From Bacteroidales bacterium (GTDB taxonomy: Bacteria > Bacteroidota > Bacteroidia > Bacteroidales > VadinHA17), in the NCBI GenBank assembly GCA_049294075.1, contig JBAQCK010000111.1:2946-66945 (forward strand): 64,000 bases of DNA, given 5' to 3'. Under the pieces are notes generated by a model. That model had not been told where the DNA came from, did no database searches, and was given only the letters and a program-made list of their open reading frames with translations. Position 1 is the stretch's first letter. Each line of letters starts with the position of its first letter. Positions 29,449-37,763 of this stretch are shown in pieces. The translations under genes and the position numbers were made by a program.

Positions 29449-30499
29449 CAATACAGAAGTCGAGGTAAAAGAGGGCCAGACCATCCTTGAAGCGGCACAC
29501 ATTGCAGGAAAAGATATACCTACTCTGTGCCACAGGGACGGTGTGGAACACTATTCTTCATGCATGGTTTGCATGGTGAGGGACAGGAAGAAGAACAATT
29601 TCATACCCTCATGCTCGGCTCTTGTACAGGAAGGAATGGACATAGACGCTTCTGGCGAAGAGGTTGTCAGCCTGAGAAAAAAGGCTGTCACCCTACTGCT
29701 TTCCGAACACAGGGCTGAATGCGAGGCACAATGCCGGATTGTTTGCCCCATGGGATACAACATACCTCTGATGAACAGGCTCCTCATTGCAGGGGAACAC
29801 GAAGAGGCTGCTGAACTTATAAGGTCCGAAATGAATGGTGGCGAACTGAATTGTTTTACCTGCAAAGCTTTTTGTGAGAATGCCTGCAGAAGAAAGAAGA
29901 TTGACACTCCGGTCTCTATCCGGAACATCAGGATTTTTATTAGCAGGAATCTGCCACAGACAGCAAAATATAAGGTTTCTCCTTTCTATTCAAACAGTGA
30001 CATCAAAAAAAGGTTCTCTTCAAGAATAGGTTCACTAAACGAAAAGGAGCAGCTTGAATGGGTGAAGGAATGCCCTGATGATATCAGGCGTAACAGGGGA
30101 ATTGCCGATTATGCGTCTGCTTCTGAAGAAGCAGTAAGTTGTATGCATTGCGACTGCAGGGCTGCCAGCGAATGCAGGTTAAGGGACCTGGCTGAGAAGT
30201 TTTCACTTAAGGACCCGAAGGGGAAATTCGTCAACGCCCCGGTGGCAAAAAAGATAAACAAAAAAACCGGCCTGATTTTTGAAAATGCCAAGTGTATAAA
30301 GTGCGGACTTTGTGTAAGGGTAGTGGAAGATTCAACTGACGCGCCGGCGTTCTGCTTCATCAACAGGGGATTCGTTTCGGTCATTTCGGAGCCTCTCACT
30401 GTTGAATACGCTGATATACCGGCTTCCGTAGCAAAAAAATGCGCTGAGGTTTGCCCTACAGGAGCGCTGGCATTTATGAACAATGACAACGGAACATGA
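29432..30499 (+). CDS. All-iron-sulfur protein: NuoG/HydA-type N-terminal [2Fe-2S] + GltD-type FeS domain + C-terminal 4Fe-4S motifs; no catalytic domain
   Basis: 355 aa. MKIIIDNTEVEV...TLCH..SSCMVCMV...PSC (2Fe-2S). SEHRAECEAQCRIVCP. GEHEEAAELIRSEMNGGELNCFTCKAFCENACRR resembles the GltD/NfnB N-terminal FeS domain. CMHCDC, CIKCGLCVRV and CAEVCPTGAL follow. Confidence 0.75.
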   Translation: MKIIIDNTEVEVKEGQTILEAAHIAGKDIPTLCHRDGVEHYSSCMVCMVRDRKKNNFIPSCSALVQEGMDIDASGEEVVSLRKKAVTLLLSEHRAECEAQCRIVCPMGYNIPLMNRLLIAGEHEEAAELIRSEMNGGELNCFTCKAFCENACRRKKIDTPVSIRNIRIFISRNLPQTAKYKVSPFYSNSDIKKRFSSRIGSLNEKEQLEWVKECPDDIRRNRGIADYASASEEAVSCMHCDCRAASECRLRDLAEKFSLKDPKGKFVNAPVAKKINKKTGLIFENAKCIKCGLCVRVVEDSTDAPAFCFINRGFVSVISEPLTVEYADIPASVAKKCAEVCPTGALAFMNNDNGT

Positions 30500-31614
30500 A
30501 ATATATATTTTCCATATCACTTTTTATTCTTTCATTCACTCTGGAAGGATTTGCGCAGACTTCTGACCAGGAGTGGACAATATTCAGAGGAAAACCAGAC
30601 CTGACAGGAAATACAACAATTGACGTTTCAGCCAAACCATCGCTGATCTGGAGCCTGCCTGCTACAGGCAGGACAAAATCGTCGCCCGTGGTCAGCAGCG
30701 GATTGATATTCTTTGGCAACGATAAGGGTACGGTGATGGCAGTGGGGACAGACGGCAGGATAAAATGGAGTTATGAAGGTGGCTCGCCTGCCGAAGCGCC
30801 TCCGATGGTGTACGACGACAAGGTGATTATAGGATTAAATGACGGATCCCTTCATGCCATAAATAAGTCCAGCGGAAAATTAGCCTGGAAATACAAGACT
30901 GATGGGCAGATAGCAGGTTCGGCAAATGCCTGGTCGACAGGAAAAAGATCCGGAATTGTAATTGGCAGTTATGATTATTACCTGCATTCCGTTGACCCTT
31001 CGAACGGATTGCTTCAATGGAAGCTCGAAACAATGAATTATGTCAACGGCACCCCGGCCGTCACTAACAATAATATCGTTTTCGGTGGTTGCGACGGATT
31101 CATCAGAATTGTTGACGCCTATTCAGGAAGAGAAAAAGATACAATTGAGATAGGTACCTATATTGCTTCCTCTCCTGCCCTTTCAGGCGGGAAAGCATGC
31201 TTCGGCGACTATGACGGCAATTTTTTCTGTGTTGATCTGCTCAGCGGAAAACTGGCCTGGGAAGTTCCCGCAGGTGAAACATCCGGATCGGTTGTGGCAA
31301 TACCTGCAATAGGAAGGAATTCAGTTATCATTGGCAACGAGGATAAATACCTTTACAGCTATGACATTATTACCGGGAAGCTTAACTGGAAATTCCGTAC
31401 CAACGGAAGAATTACCGGTTCAGCTGTAATCACGCCCTCCAAAGTACTTTTCGGAAGTGTCGATGGCAATGTTTATTTGCTCGGCTTGAATGACGGCAAA
31501 AAGATATGGAGCTTCAACGCGGGTTCTCCCGTCAGCAGCACACCGGCAGTAACAGGCGACATGTTTTACATCCTGACGGAGGACGGACGTTTGCTTGCTT
31601 TTGGAACCAGATAA
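30496..31614 (+). CDS. PQQ-like beta-propeller repeat protein, signal peptide (paralog 5)
   Basis: 372 aa. ATGA overlap with the upstream gene. Signal peptide ...LEGFAQ. EWTIFRGKPDLTG...LIWS. Regular G.V...D.G.L.A.....G...W blades. Confidence 0.75.
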   Translation: MKYIFSISLFILSFTLEGFAQTSDQEWTIFRGKPDLTGNTTIDVSAKPSLIWSLPATGRTKSSPVVSSGLIFFGNDKGTVMAVGTDGRIKWSYEGGSPAEAPPMVYDDKVIIGLNDGSLHAINKSSGKLAWKYKTDGQIAGSANAWSTGKRSGIVIGSYDYYLHSVDPSNGLLQWKLETMNYVNGTPAVTNNNIVFGGCDGFIRIVDAYSGREKDTIEIGTYIASSPALSGGKACFGDYDGNFFCVDLLSGKLAWEVPAGETSGSVVAIPAIGRNSVIIGNEDKYLYSYDIITGKLNWKFRTNGRITGSAVITPSKVLFGSVDGNVYLLGLNDGKKIWSFNAGSPVSSTPAVTGDMFYILTEDGRLLAFGTR

Positions 31615-31709
31615 CAGGACCTGATCGAACATATTTCATTCTGTTCAGTTATATATTGAACAAGTTCCGGTACACCGGATCTTTTTGAACGGAAGCAAAA
31701 TTTTATTAC

Positions 31710-33005
31710 ATGAAGATAGTCTATTTGATAACCGGATCGGGCGGATCCTTTTATTGCGGAAATTGTTACCGCGACATGCTCTATGTCCGTGCCATCAGGA
31801 AGGTTCCGGGAATAAAGGCAAGCGCCATACCCCTTTACCTTCCGCCAGACAAGACAACGGGCAGTGAAAGCGGATTTGACAAAAATGTTTTCTTCGGAGC
31901 AATTTCAATGTTTCTGAGGGAAAAAGTCCCTTTCCTCAGAAATATGCCTGCTTTTTTTGATAAATTCCTTGATTCAAAACTGTTTCTCCGCTTTGCAGCA
32001 AAACAGGCAGGAACAACAAGTACCGAAGGTTACGAGGAGCTTACCATAAGCATGATCGAGGGCGACAATGCATTTCGGAAGGCCGAAGTTGACAGGCTGG
32101 TCAGATACCTCACCAAAGACGGGAAACCAGATATAATCCATCTTTCAAATGCCCTCATCCTTGGAATTGCCCGTCAGCTGAAAAAGAGAATTGATGTAAA
32201 GGTTGTGTGCTCCCTTCTGAACGAGGATGACTGGATTGATGACATGGAGGAGCCTTTCCGTTCAAGAGCCTGGAAGATGATTGCCAAAGAGGCAGGATAT
32301 GTCGATTTGTTTGTTACTCCAAGCAGTTATTACCGCGAACTGTTTAAAAGCAAGACAGGTCTTAAGGGTGAAAACGTACACGTGGTTCCCCTTGGCTTTG
32401 ATCCTGAAAAAGACGAAATGTCAAGGACTGACAGAGAACCTTCTTCAATAGGTTTTTTCAGCCGCATAAGCAATTATAACGGCATTGACAAACTTGTTGA
32501 TGCTTTCATTGAAATGAAAAAGCAGGATCAGGTTCCGGGACTGTCGCTGAAGATATGCGGGGGCTACACAGGGGTTGACAAGGAGTTCATTTCAGCCCAG
32601 ATTAAAAAAATCAGGGAAAACAAACTGGAGAAGTCAGTGAAGATTTACCCTGAATTTGAAGGCGATAAAAAGCTTGAATTCTTCAGGGATGTTGATGTTA
32701 TTAGCGTACCTGTCAGAAAATATGATGGTTACGGATTGTATCTTCTTGAGGCGAATGCCTCGGGAATCCCAGTTGTCCAGCCGGCAACGGGAGCTTTCCC
32801 TGAGATAATTGAAAGAACAGGCGGAGGAATAATCTACTCCCCAGATACGGTCAGCGAACTGGCTGACAACCTTACGAAGTTGCTGAAGGACAAGAAAAAG
32901 CTTGCAAGCCTTGGAGAAAAGGGCAGCCGCATGGTAAGAGAGGAGTTATCGCTCGCCAAAATGTCGGCCGGACTCGGGGAAATTTATAATAAAGCCATGT
33001 TATAA
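31710..33005 (+). CDS. Glycosyltransferase, GT4 (GT-B fold) family
   Basis: 431 aa. The C-terminal half has the GT4 pattern (...SVPVRKYDGYGLYLLEANASGIPVVQPATGAFPEII). The N-terminus carries CGNCYRD. The stop overlaps the next gene's start (TAATG). Confidence 0.8.
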   Translation: MKIVYLITGSGGSFYCGNCYRDMLYVRAIRKVPGIKASAIPLYLPPDKTTGSESGFDKNVFFGAISMFLREKVPFLRNMPAFFDKFLDSKLFLRFAAKQAGTTSTEGYEELTISMIEGDNAFRKAEVDRLVRYLTKDGKPDIIHLSNALILGIARQLKKRIDVKVVCSLLNEDDWIDDMEEPFRSRAWKMIAKEAGYVDLFVTPSSYYRELFKSKTGLKGENVHVVPLGFDPEKDEMSRTDREPSSIGFFSRISNYNGIDKLVDAFIEMKKQDQVPGLSLKICGGYTGVDKEFISAQIKKIRENKLEKSVKIYPEFEGDKKLEFFRDVDVISVPVRKYDGYGLYLLEANASGIPVVQPATGAFPEIIERTGGGIIYSPDTVSELADNLTKLLKDKKKLASLGEKGSRMVREELSLAKMSAGLGEIYNKAML

Positions 33006-33679
33006 TGCTTACACTGAATAATATCTCAAAATCGTTCCGCCAGCGCGGTGTTGTATTAAAGGACCTGGATCTTACCGTAAACGAGGGCGACACGGTTTCC
33101 GTTTCGGGTCCTTCGGGTTCCGGAAAGACAACCTTGCTTAACATCATCGGATTGCTCGACAGGCCCGACAGCGGAGAAGTATTTTTCAGGGGTCAGAATG
33201 TGCTCGGGTACAATCAGGACGAATCAGCTTTATACCGGAACAAAAATATAGGCTTCGTTTTTCAGGATCACTTGCTTCTGCCCTATCTGACCGTTCTGGA
33301 AAACATCCTGCTCCCGCTCCTTGCTTCAAAAACCTCTGACCAGGATTACAGGCAGAAAGCTGATGAGGCCCGAAGAATGATGGAAAAAACAGGAATAACC
33401 GGAATCGGATCCAAATTCCCGTATCAGATATCCGGAGGTGAAGCTCAGAGGGCTACACTTGTCAGGGCCCTTGTTAACCAGCCCTCTGTTCTGCTGGCAG
33501 ATGAACCAACCGGTTCACTCGACAGGCGGAATGCAGAGAACCTTGGAGACCTTCTTACAGGCATGAACGGGGAATACGGCACCACTTTGATCCTGGCCAC
33601 ACACTCACAGGAACTGGCCGACAGAATGAAGGTTCATTATAGTCTTTCAGAAGGTAAACTGACCGATGGGAAACACTGA
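33005..33679 (+). CDS. ABC transporter ATP-binding protein (MacB/LolD type)
   Basis: 224 aa. Walker A GPSGSGKTT, signature ISGGEAQR, Walker B VLLADEPTGSLD, H-loop ATHS. Confidence 0.9.
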   Translation: MLTLNNISKSFRQRGVVLKDLDLTVNEGDTVSVSGPSGSGKTTLLNIIGLLDRPDSGEVFFRGQNVLGYNQDESALYRNKNIGFVFQDHLLLPYLTVLENILLPLLASKTSDQDYRQKADEARRMMEKTGITGIGSKFPYQISGGEAQRATLVRALVNQPSVLLADEPTGSLDRRNAENLGDLLTGMNGEYGTTLILATHSQELADRMKVHYSLSEGKLTDGKH

Positions 33680-33689
33680 TAATTGAAAA

Positions 33690-36600
33690 ATGAAGCTAAG
33701 CCTCTTTCAGATTGTCTTACGATCCATCACCCATAATTTCAGGGGGTATCTCTACCAGGTAATCATCATAATCCTGCTCACGGGTGTTGTAACCAGTTCA
33801 CTGATGACTGGCAAATCCGTTCGCAACAGCCTGAAGCAAACTTCTTTTGAAAAGCTTGGCAACACCGGGACTCTGCTGAGTTCAGGCATCCGGTATTTCG
33901 ATCCGTCCCTCTCCGGGAGAATGGCAGCCGAAACAGGCGTCATATCGGCCGGAGTACTTGAGCTTGACGGATACTGCCAGAATTTTTCAACCCAGCAATT
34001 TGCTCCCCAGGTAAAAATTTTCGCGGTTGACAATAATTTCTTCCCGTTTCACGCCATTGAAGGCATCACTGTTTCCCGCGGCGAAGTTGCGATAAACAGG
34101 AAACTCGCTGATTATCTGGATGTAAAACCTGGTGATGAGCTGATTATCAGGTTCAATTCAATCACCGACATACCGGCCGATGCACCATTTTCGCCGGGCA
34201 AGGTGTCGAATCCATCAATTGTCATGAGGGTTGGCAATATACTGGGACCGGCTGATGCAGGCAATTTCTCGCTGGGCATAAGCCAGCTTATTCCGATGAA
34301 CATTTTCATAAACCGTTCGGAACTGATTAATGCTGAAGGCGAAATTCCCGACATTAACAGGCTCCTGTTCGACAGCCGGAGCGGGATAACCCCCGATCTG
34401 GTTGAAACCGCATTCAGGAAAATAATAAGACCTGAAGATGCCGGATTATCTCTCAGGCCTGTTCCTGCCACCGGTGGATACGAGCTTGTAACCGACCGGA
34501 TTTTCATCGATCAGGTTCAGGTTGATGAGATAAGAAGCAAGGTCGGTTCAGCTTTCCCTGCCATCACCTACCTCGCCAACAGCATCAGCAAGGGTGAGAA
34601 ATCAACTCCATATTCATTCATTTCTGCTCTCGATCCTTCGTTGTATGAGGGTATACCCACAGGTAACACTATAGTTATCAATGATTGGCTCGCGGAAGAT
34701 ATTGGAGCTAAAACAGGAGATACAATCCAGGTTACCTGGTTTTCGCCCGATCCGATGAACAGGCTTACTGAAGAAAGCCTGGATTTCGTTGTCGGAAAGA
34801 TTGTTCCAATGAATGATATCTGGTCCGATTCCCTCCTCATGCCTGAATTTCCCGGAATTGCAGGAAGCGAATCGTGCACCGACTGGGATGCCGGCGTAGA
34901 GATTGACATGGATCTTATAAGGGACAAGGATGAGGATTACTGGAACCGTTACGGGGGCACTCCCAAAGCCTTTATTGGCTATGAGAAAGGCAGGGACCTT
35001 TGGGCCGGAAACTTTGGACCGGCCACATCCATACGATTCAAAACTGATGTTTCCGGGAATGAATTAAGGGAGAAGCTTACTGGTTCACTCGATCCTTCCC
35101 TGTCGGGATTTTCGGTATCCGATCTGAGGCAGGAATCCGCGATGGCTGCAAGTAAAAGCGTTGATTTCAGCACTCTTTTCCTCGGACTTGGATTCTTTAT
35201 AATTCTATCGGCGCTTATCCTTCTCATACTTATGGTAACAACACATTATGAATCAAAGAAGGACGAAGTTGCGACACTGTATTCCCTGGGTTTCACAAAG
35301 AGGCGGATCGAGAAACAGTTATTCCTTGAGACGGGCCTTACGGCTTTGGCGGGAGCATTAACAGGCGCCCTGGCGGGAGGATTCTTCAATGTGATTATTA
35401 TTAAAGCCCTGAACTCGGTATGGCAGGGTGCTGTTCAGACAAATACACTGGTTTCCAGCTTTGATACGTGGTCGTTCTTAACCGGTTTCGCTTCCACAAT
35501 GGCTGTAATTCTTATTATCCTTAAAATCAGATCCTCCAGGTTTCTTAAGCATCTCAGGGAGGCTGAAACCGGGGAAACCGTGAAACCTTCATCAAGGCTT
35601 AACTTAATTGCGCTTTTAATTACTGTTTCTGTCACAATAGTTGCAATAGTCCTGTCATTCATTCTGACTGATCACGCGACATTGCTTTCGTATATGGGAG
35701 GAGTTCTCATTTTCGCTTCATTCATCCTCCTCCTGCGGCAGTATTATTTAAGGCCCGGAAAAACCGGAGATAAAATTCTCAGAAGCAGCGGTCAGGTTTC
35801 GGATGCTTACTATTCGTTTCATCCTTCACAGGCCATAGCGCCTGTCCTTTTTCTGGCTGCTGGACTTTTTGCAGTAATAATCACCGGAGCCAACAAAATG
35901 AGCATAAGCGACAACATGCTAAAACCTTCAGGCGGGACGGGAGGATATTTACTTTGGGGAGAGTCGTCTGTTCCTCTCAAGGGTACACTGACGAGTGACG
36001 CCGGACGGAAGGAATTCGGTCTCGACGATCCCGATATGGAGGGACTATCGATATTACAGGGACGAAAGACAGCCGGCAATGATGCCAGCTGCCTGAATCT
36101 GAATCATATTGCCTCACCCCCGCTGCTTGGGATCGATCCCTCTGATTTCATCAGGAAAGGATCTTTTTCATTTGCAGTGACCATGAAAGGCATAAACAAA
36201 TCAAACCCGTGGGAAACTCTGAATAAACCTCATGTTGACGGGACAATTTATGGTATAGCCGACCAGACAGTGATGCAATACGGACTGAGGGTTAAGGCAG
36301 GCGATACCCTGAAAATCAGGACTGAGAGCGGACAGGTGCTGAACGTAGTTCTGTCAGCCGGATTAAAATCTTCGGTATTTCAGGGATTTGTGCTTATCGG
36401 GATTGAAAACTTCAACAGGTATTTTCCATCTGTAGCGGGAAGCCAGATATTTCTGGCAAATGGAAACCGGGAGATGACGGATGATTATATAAACACTCTT
36501 GGCGACCGGCTGGCAGAGTATGGTGTCCATTTCGAACCTGCGGCTGACCGGCTTGCTTCGTTTTTTGTGGTTACAAATACCTACCTGTCGGTGTTTACAA

Positions 36601-36956
36601 TACTTGGCGGGATCGGAATGATACTGGGAGTTGCAGGGATCGGCCTTATTCTTGTACGAAATTTCAATAACCGCAGAAGAGATTTCGGACTTATGCTGGC
36701 CGAAGGTTTTTCACTGAGAAGCATTAGAAAAATGATTTTCAGCGAACACTTAATAATTCTTATTGCAGGCATTGTAACCGGTCTTGTTTCTGCCCTTGTT
36801 GCAACCAGACCGTCGCTTGTAAATGATGCCGGCCTGCCCTGGCTTACAATAATAATTATGATCCTGCTGATTTTAGCTACTGGAATAACGGCGCTTCTCT
36901 TCTCTGTAAGGTCAGTAAAGACTGACGCCCTTATAAGCAGGATCAGGAGGGAATAA
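33690..36956 (+). CDS. ABC transporter permease with two FtsX-type modules and large extracytoplasmic domains
   Basis: 1088 aa. There are two TM clusters (around residues 500-690 and 990-1080), each preceded by a long soluble region, as in duplicated MacB/FtsX permeases. It follows the ABC ATPase gene by 10 nt. Confidence 0.85.
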   Translation: MKLSLFQIVLRSITHNFRGYLYQVIIIILLTGVVTSSLMTGKSVRNSLKQTSFEKLGNTGTLLSSGIRYFDPSLSGRMAAETGVISAGVLELDGYCQNFSTQQFAPQVKIFAVDNNFFPFHAIEGITVSRGEVAINRKLADYLDVKPGDELIIRFNSITDIPADAPFSPGKVSNPSIVMRVGNILGPADAGNFSLGISQLIPMNIFINRSELINAEGEIPDINRLLFDSRSGITPDLVETAFRKIIRPEDAGLSLRPVPATGGYELVTDRIFIDQVQVDEIRSKVGSAFPAITYLANSISKGEKSTPYSFISALDPSLYEGIPTGNTIVINDWLAEDIGAKTGDTIQVTWFSPDPMNRLTEESLDFVVGKIVPMNDIWSDSLLMPEFPGIAGSESCTDWDAGVEIDMDLIRDKDEDYWNRYGGTPKAFIGYEKGRDLWAGNFGPATSIRFKTDVSGNELREKLTGSLDPSLSGFSVSDLRQESAMAASKSVDFSTLFLGLGFFIILSALILLILMVTTHYESKKDEVATLYSLGFTKRRIEKQLFLETGLTALAGALTGALAGGFFNVIIIKALNSVWQGAVQTNTLVSSFDTWSFLTGFASTMAVILIILKIRSSRFLKHLREAETGETVKPSSRLNLIALLITVSVTIVAIVLSFILTDHATLLSYMGGVLIFASFILLLRQYYLRPGKTGDKILRSSGQVSDAYYSFHPSQAIAPVLFLAAGLFAVIITGANKMSISDNMLKPSGGTGGYLLWGESSVPLKGTLTSDAGRKEFGLDDPDMEGLSILQGRKTAGNDASCLNLNHIASPPLLGIDPSDFIRKGSFSFAVTMKGINKSNPWETLNKPHVDGTIYGIADQTVMQYGLRVKAGDTLKIRTESGQVLNVVLSAGLKSSVFQGFVLIGIENFNRYFPSVAGSQIFLANGNREMTDDYINTLGDRLAEYGVHFEPAADRLASFFVVTNTYLSVFTILGGIGMILGVAGIGLILVRNFNNRRRDFGLMLAEGFSLRSIRKMIFSEHLIILIAGIVTGLVSALVATRPSLVNDAGLPWLTIIIMILLILATGITALLFSVRSVKTDALISRIRRE

Positions 36957-37072
36957 ACTTCTATTTTTCACCCGCTGCAATCAGTAGTTGCCGGGTTCTG
37001 AAACAGATCGCTCCGCCTGCCACGGATAACACGATTAGCCTGGGGCTGTATAACGTTAGTCTCCCCTTTTCC

Positions 37073-37741
37073 TTAAAGCTTAATGCTGTAGTTGATCGAA
37101 ATGATATTCATATCAGTCTGGTCCGGAAAGAAGTCCCGCTGAAACATGTATTCCAGTTCCAGGGAATGCTTTTTCGAGATATTGTATTCAAAACCTCCAG
37201 TAAACCTCTGTTTGTCGACGGTTCTGCTCACCTGGCCGAAGATTGGCATGAAGAGTTCTGTAGTCACAAACGGGTTCAACGGGAATTTGGGTATATCGTA
37301 TGCTGCCTTGCCCCTTAGCCGGAGGAGCTCTTTTGATTCCTTGTCATTTTCGTCCTCAAAGTAGGTTTTATAGCGTTGCTGGAACCTGATCCTCCCGGAA
37401 ATATCAAAGTCGCCCAACGCTGTCTTTGCCCTGAAGTCAGCGAACCATTTGTGACGGGGATGATATAGTTCATCATCTTCCCTCATTTGAGTGTATCTGT
37501 AAGAGATTCCAGCCGAAAAATGCTTGTTGAATTTGTATCCCAGTCCAAGGTCTGCAAAGCCTTCTTCAATTTCTTTTGCATCGTGATAAGTCCTGAGGTT
37601 GACATCTATCTCCAAATCGAGATCCTTCAGTATCTCCTTTTCGGCTGCAATTGAATACCATAAGCCAAAATCCTTGTCCTGAGCAAGGCTGAAGGCAGCT
37701 GTGTTTATGACAACAAGCATCACAAGGAGTATCTTTTTCAT
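37073..37741 (-). CDS. Outer-membrane beta-barrel-like protein (DUF2490-like)
   Basis: 222 aa. Signal peptide ...AAFSLAQ, then DKDFGLWYS. Alternating-hydrophobicity strands and a C-terminal aromatic-rich end (INYSIKL). Confidence 0.55.
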   Translation of the reverse strand: MKKILLVMLVVINTAAFSLAQDKDFGLWYSIAAEKEILKDLDLEIDVNLRTYHDAKEIEEGFADLGLGYKFNKHFSAGISYRYTQMREDDELYHPRHKWFADFRAKTALGDFDISGRIRFQQRYKTYFEDENDKESKELLRLRGKAAYDIPKFPLNPFVTTELFMPIFGQVSRTVDKQRFTGGFEYNISKKHSLELEYMFQRDFFPDQTDMNIISINYSIKL

Positions 37742-37763
37742 AGTGATGTTTCAACAATGCATT

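Noticed and set aside
17038-31614. Annotating the five propellers as true PQQ-dependent dehydrogenases or as BamB
   Set aside because: They are only 370-570 aa and lack any visible haem (CxxCH) domain. I could not verify PQQ/Ca ligands, and no pqq biosynthesis genes are present. BamB-like assembly factors would not be expected in five copies with FeS partners. Only the fold-level call is kept.
19603-36956. Nitrous-oxide reductase (clade II nos) cluster analogy: propeller + NapGH-like + ABC transporter
   Set aside because: None of the propellers has the length, His-rich CuZ ligand pattern or C-terminal cupredoxin CuA motif of NosZ. I saw no NosD, NosL or NosY-like genes. The ABC system is MacB/FtsX type.
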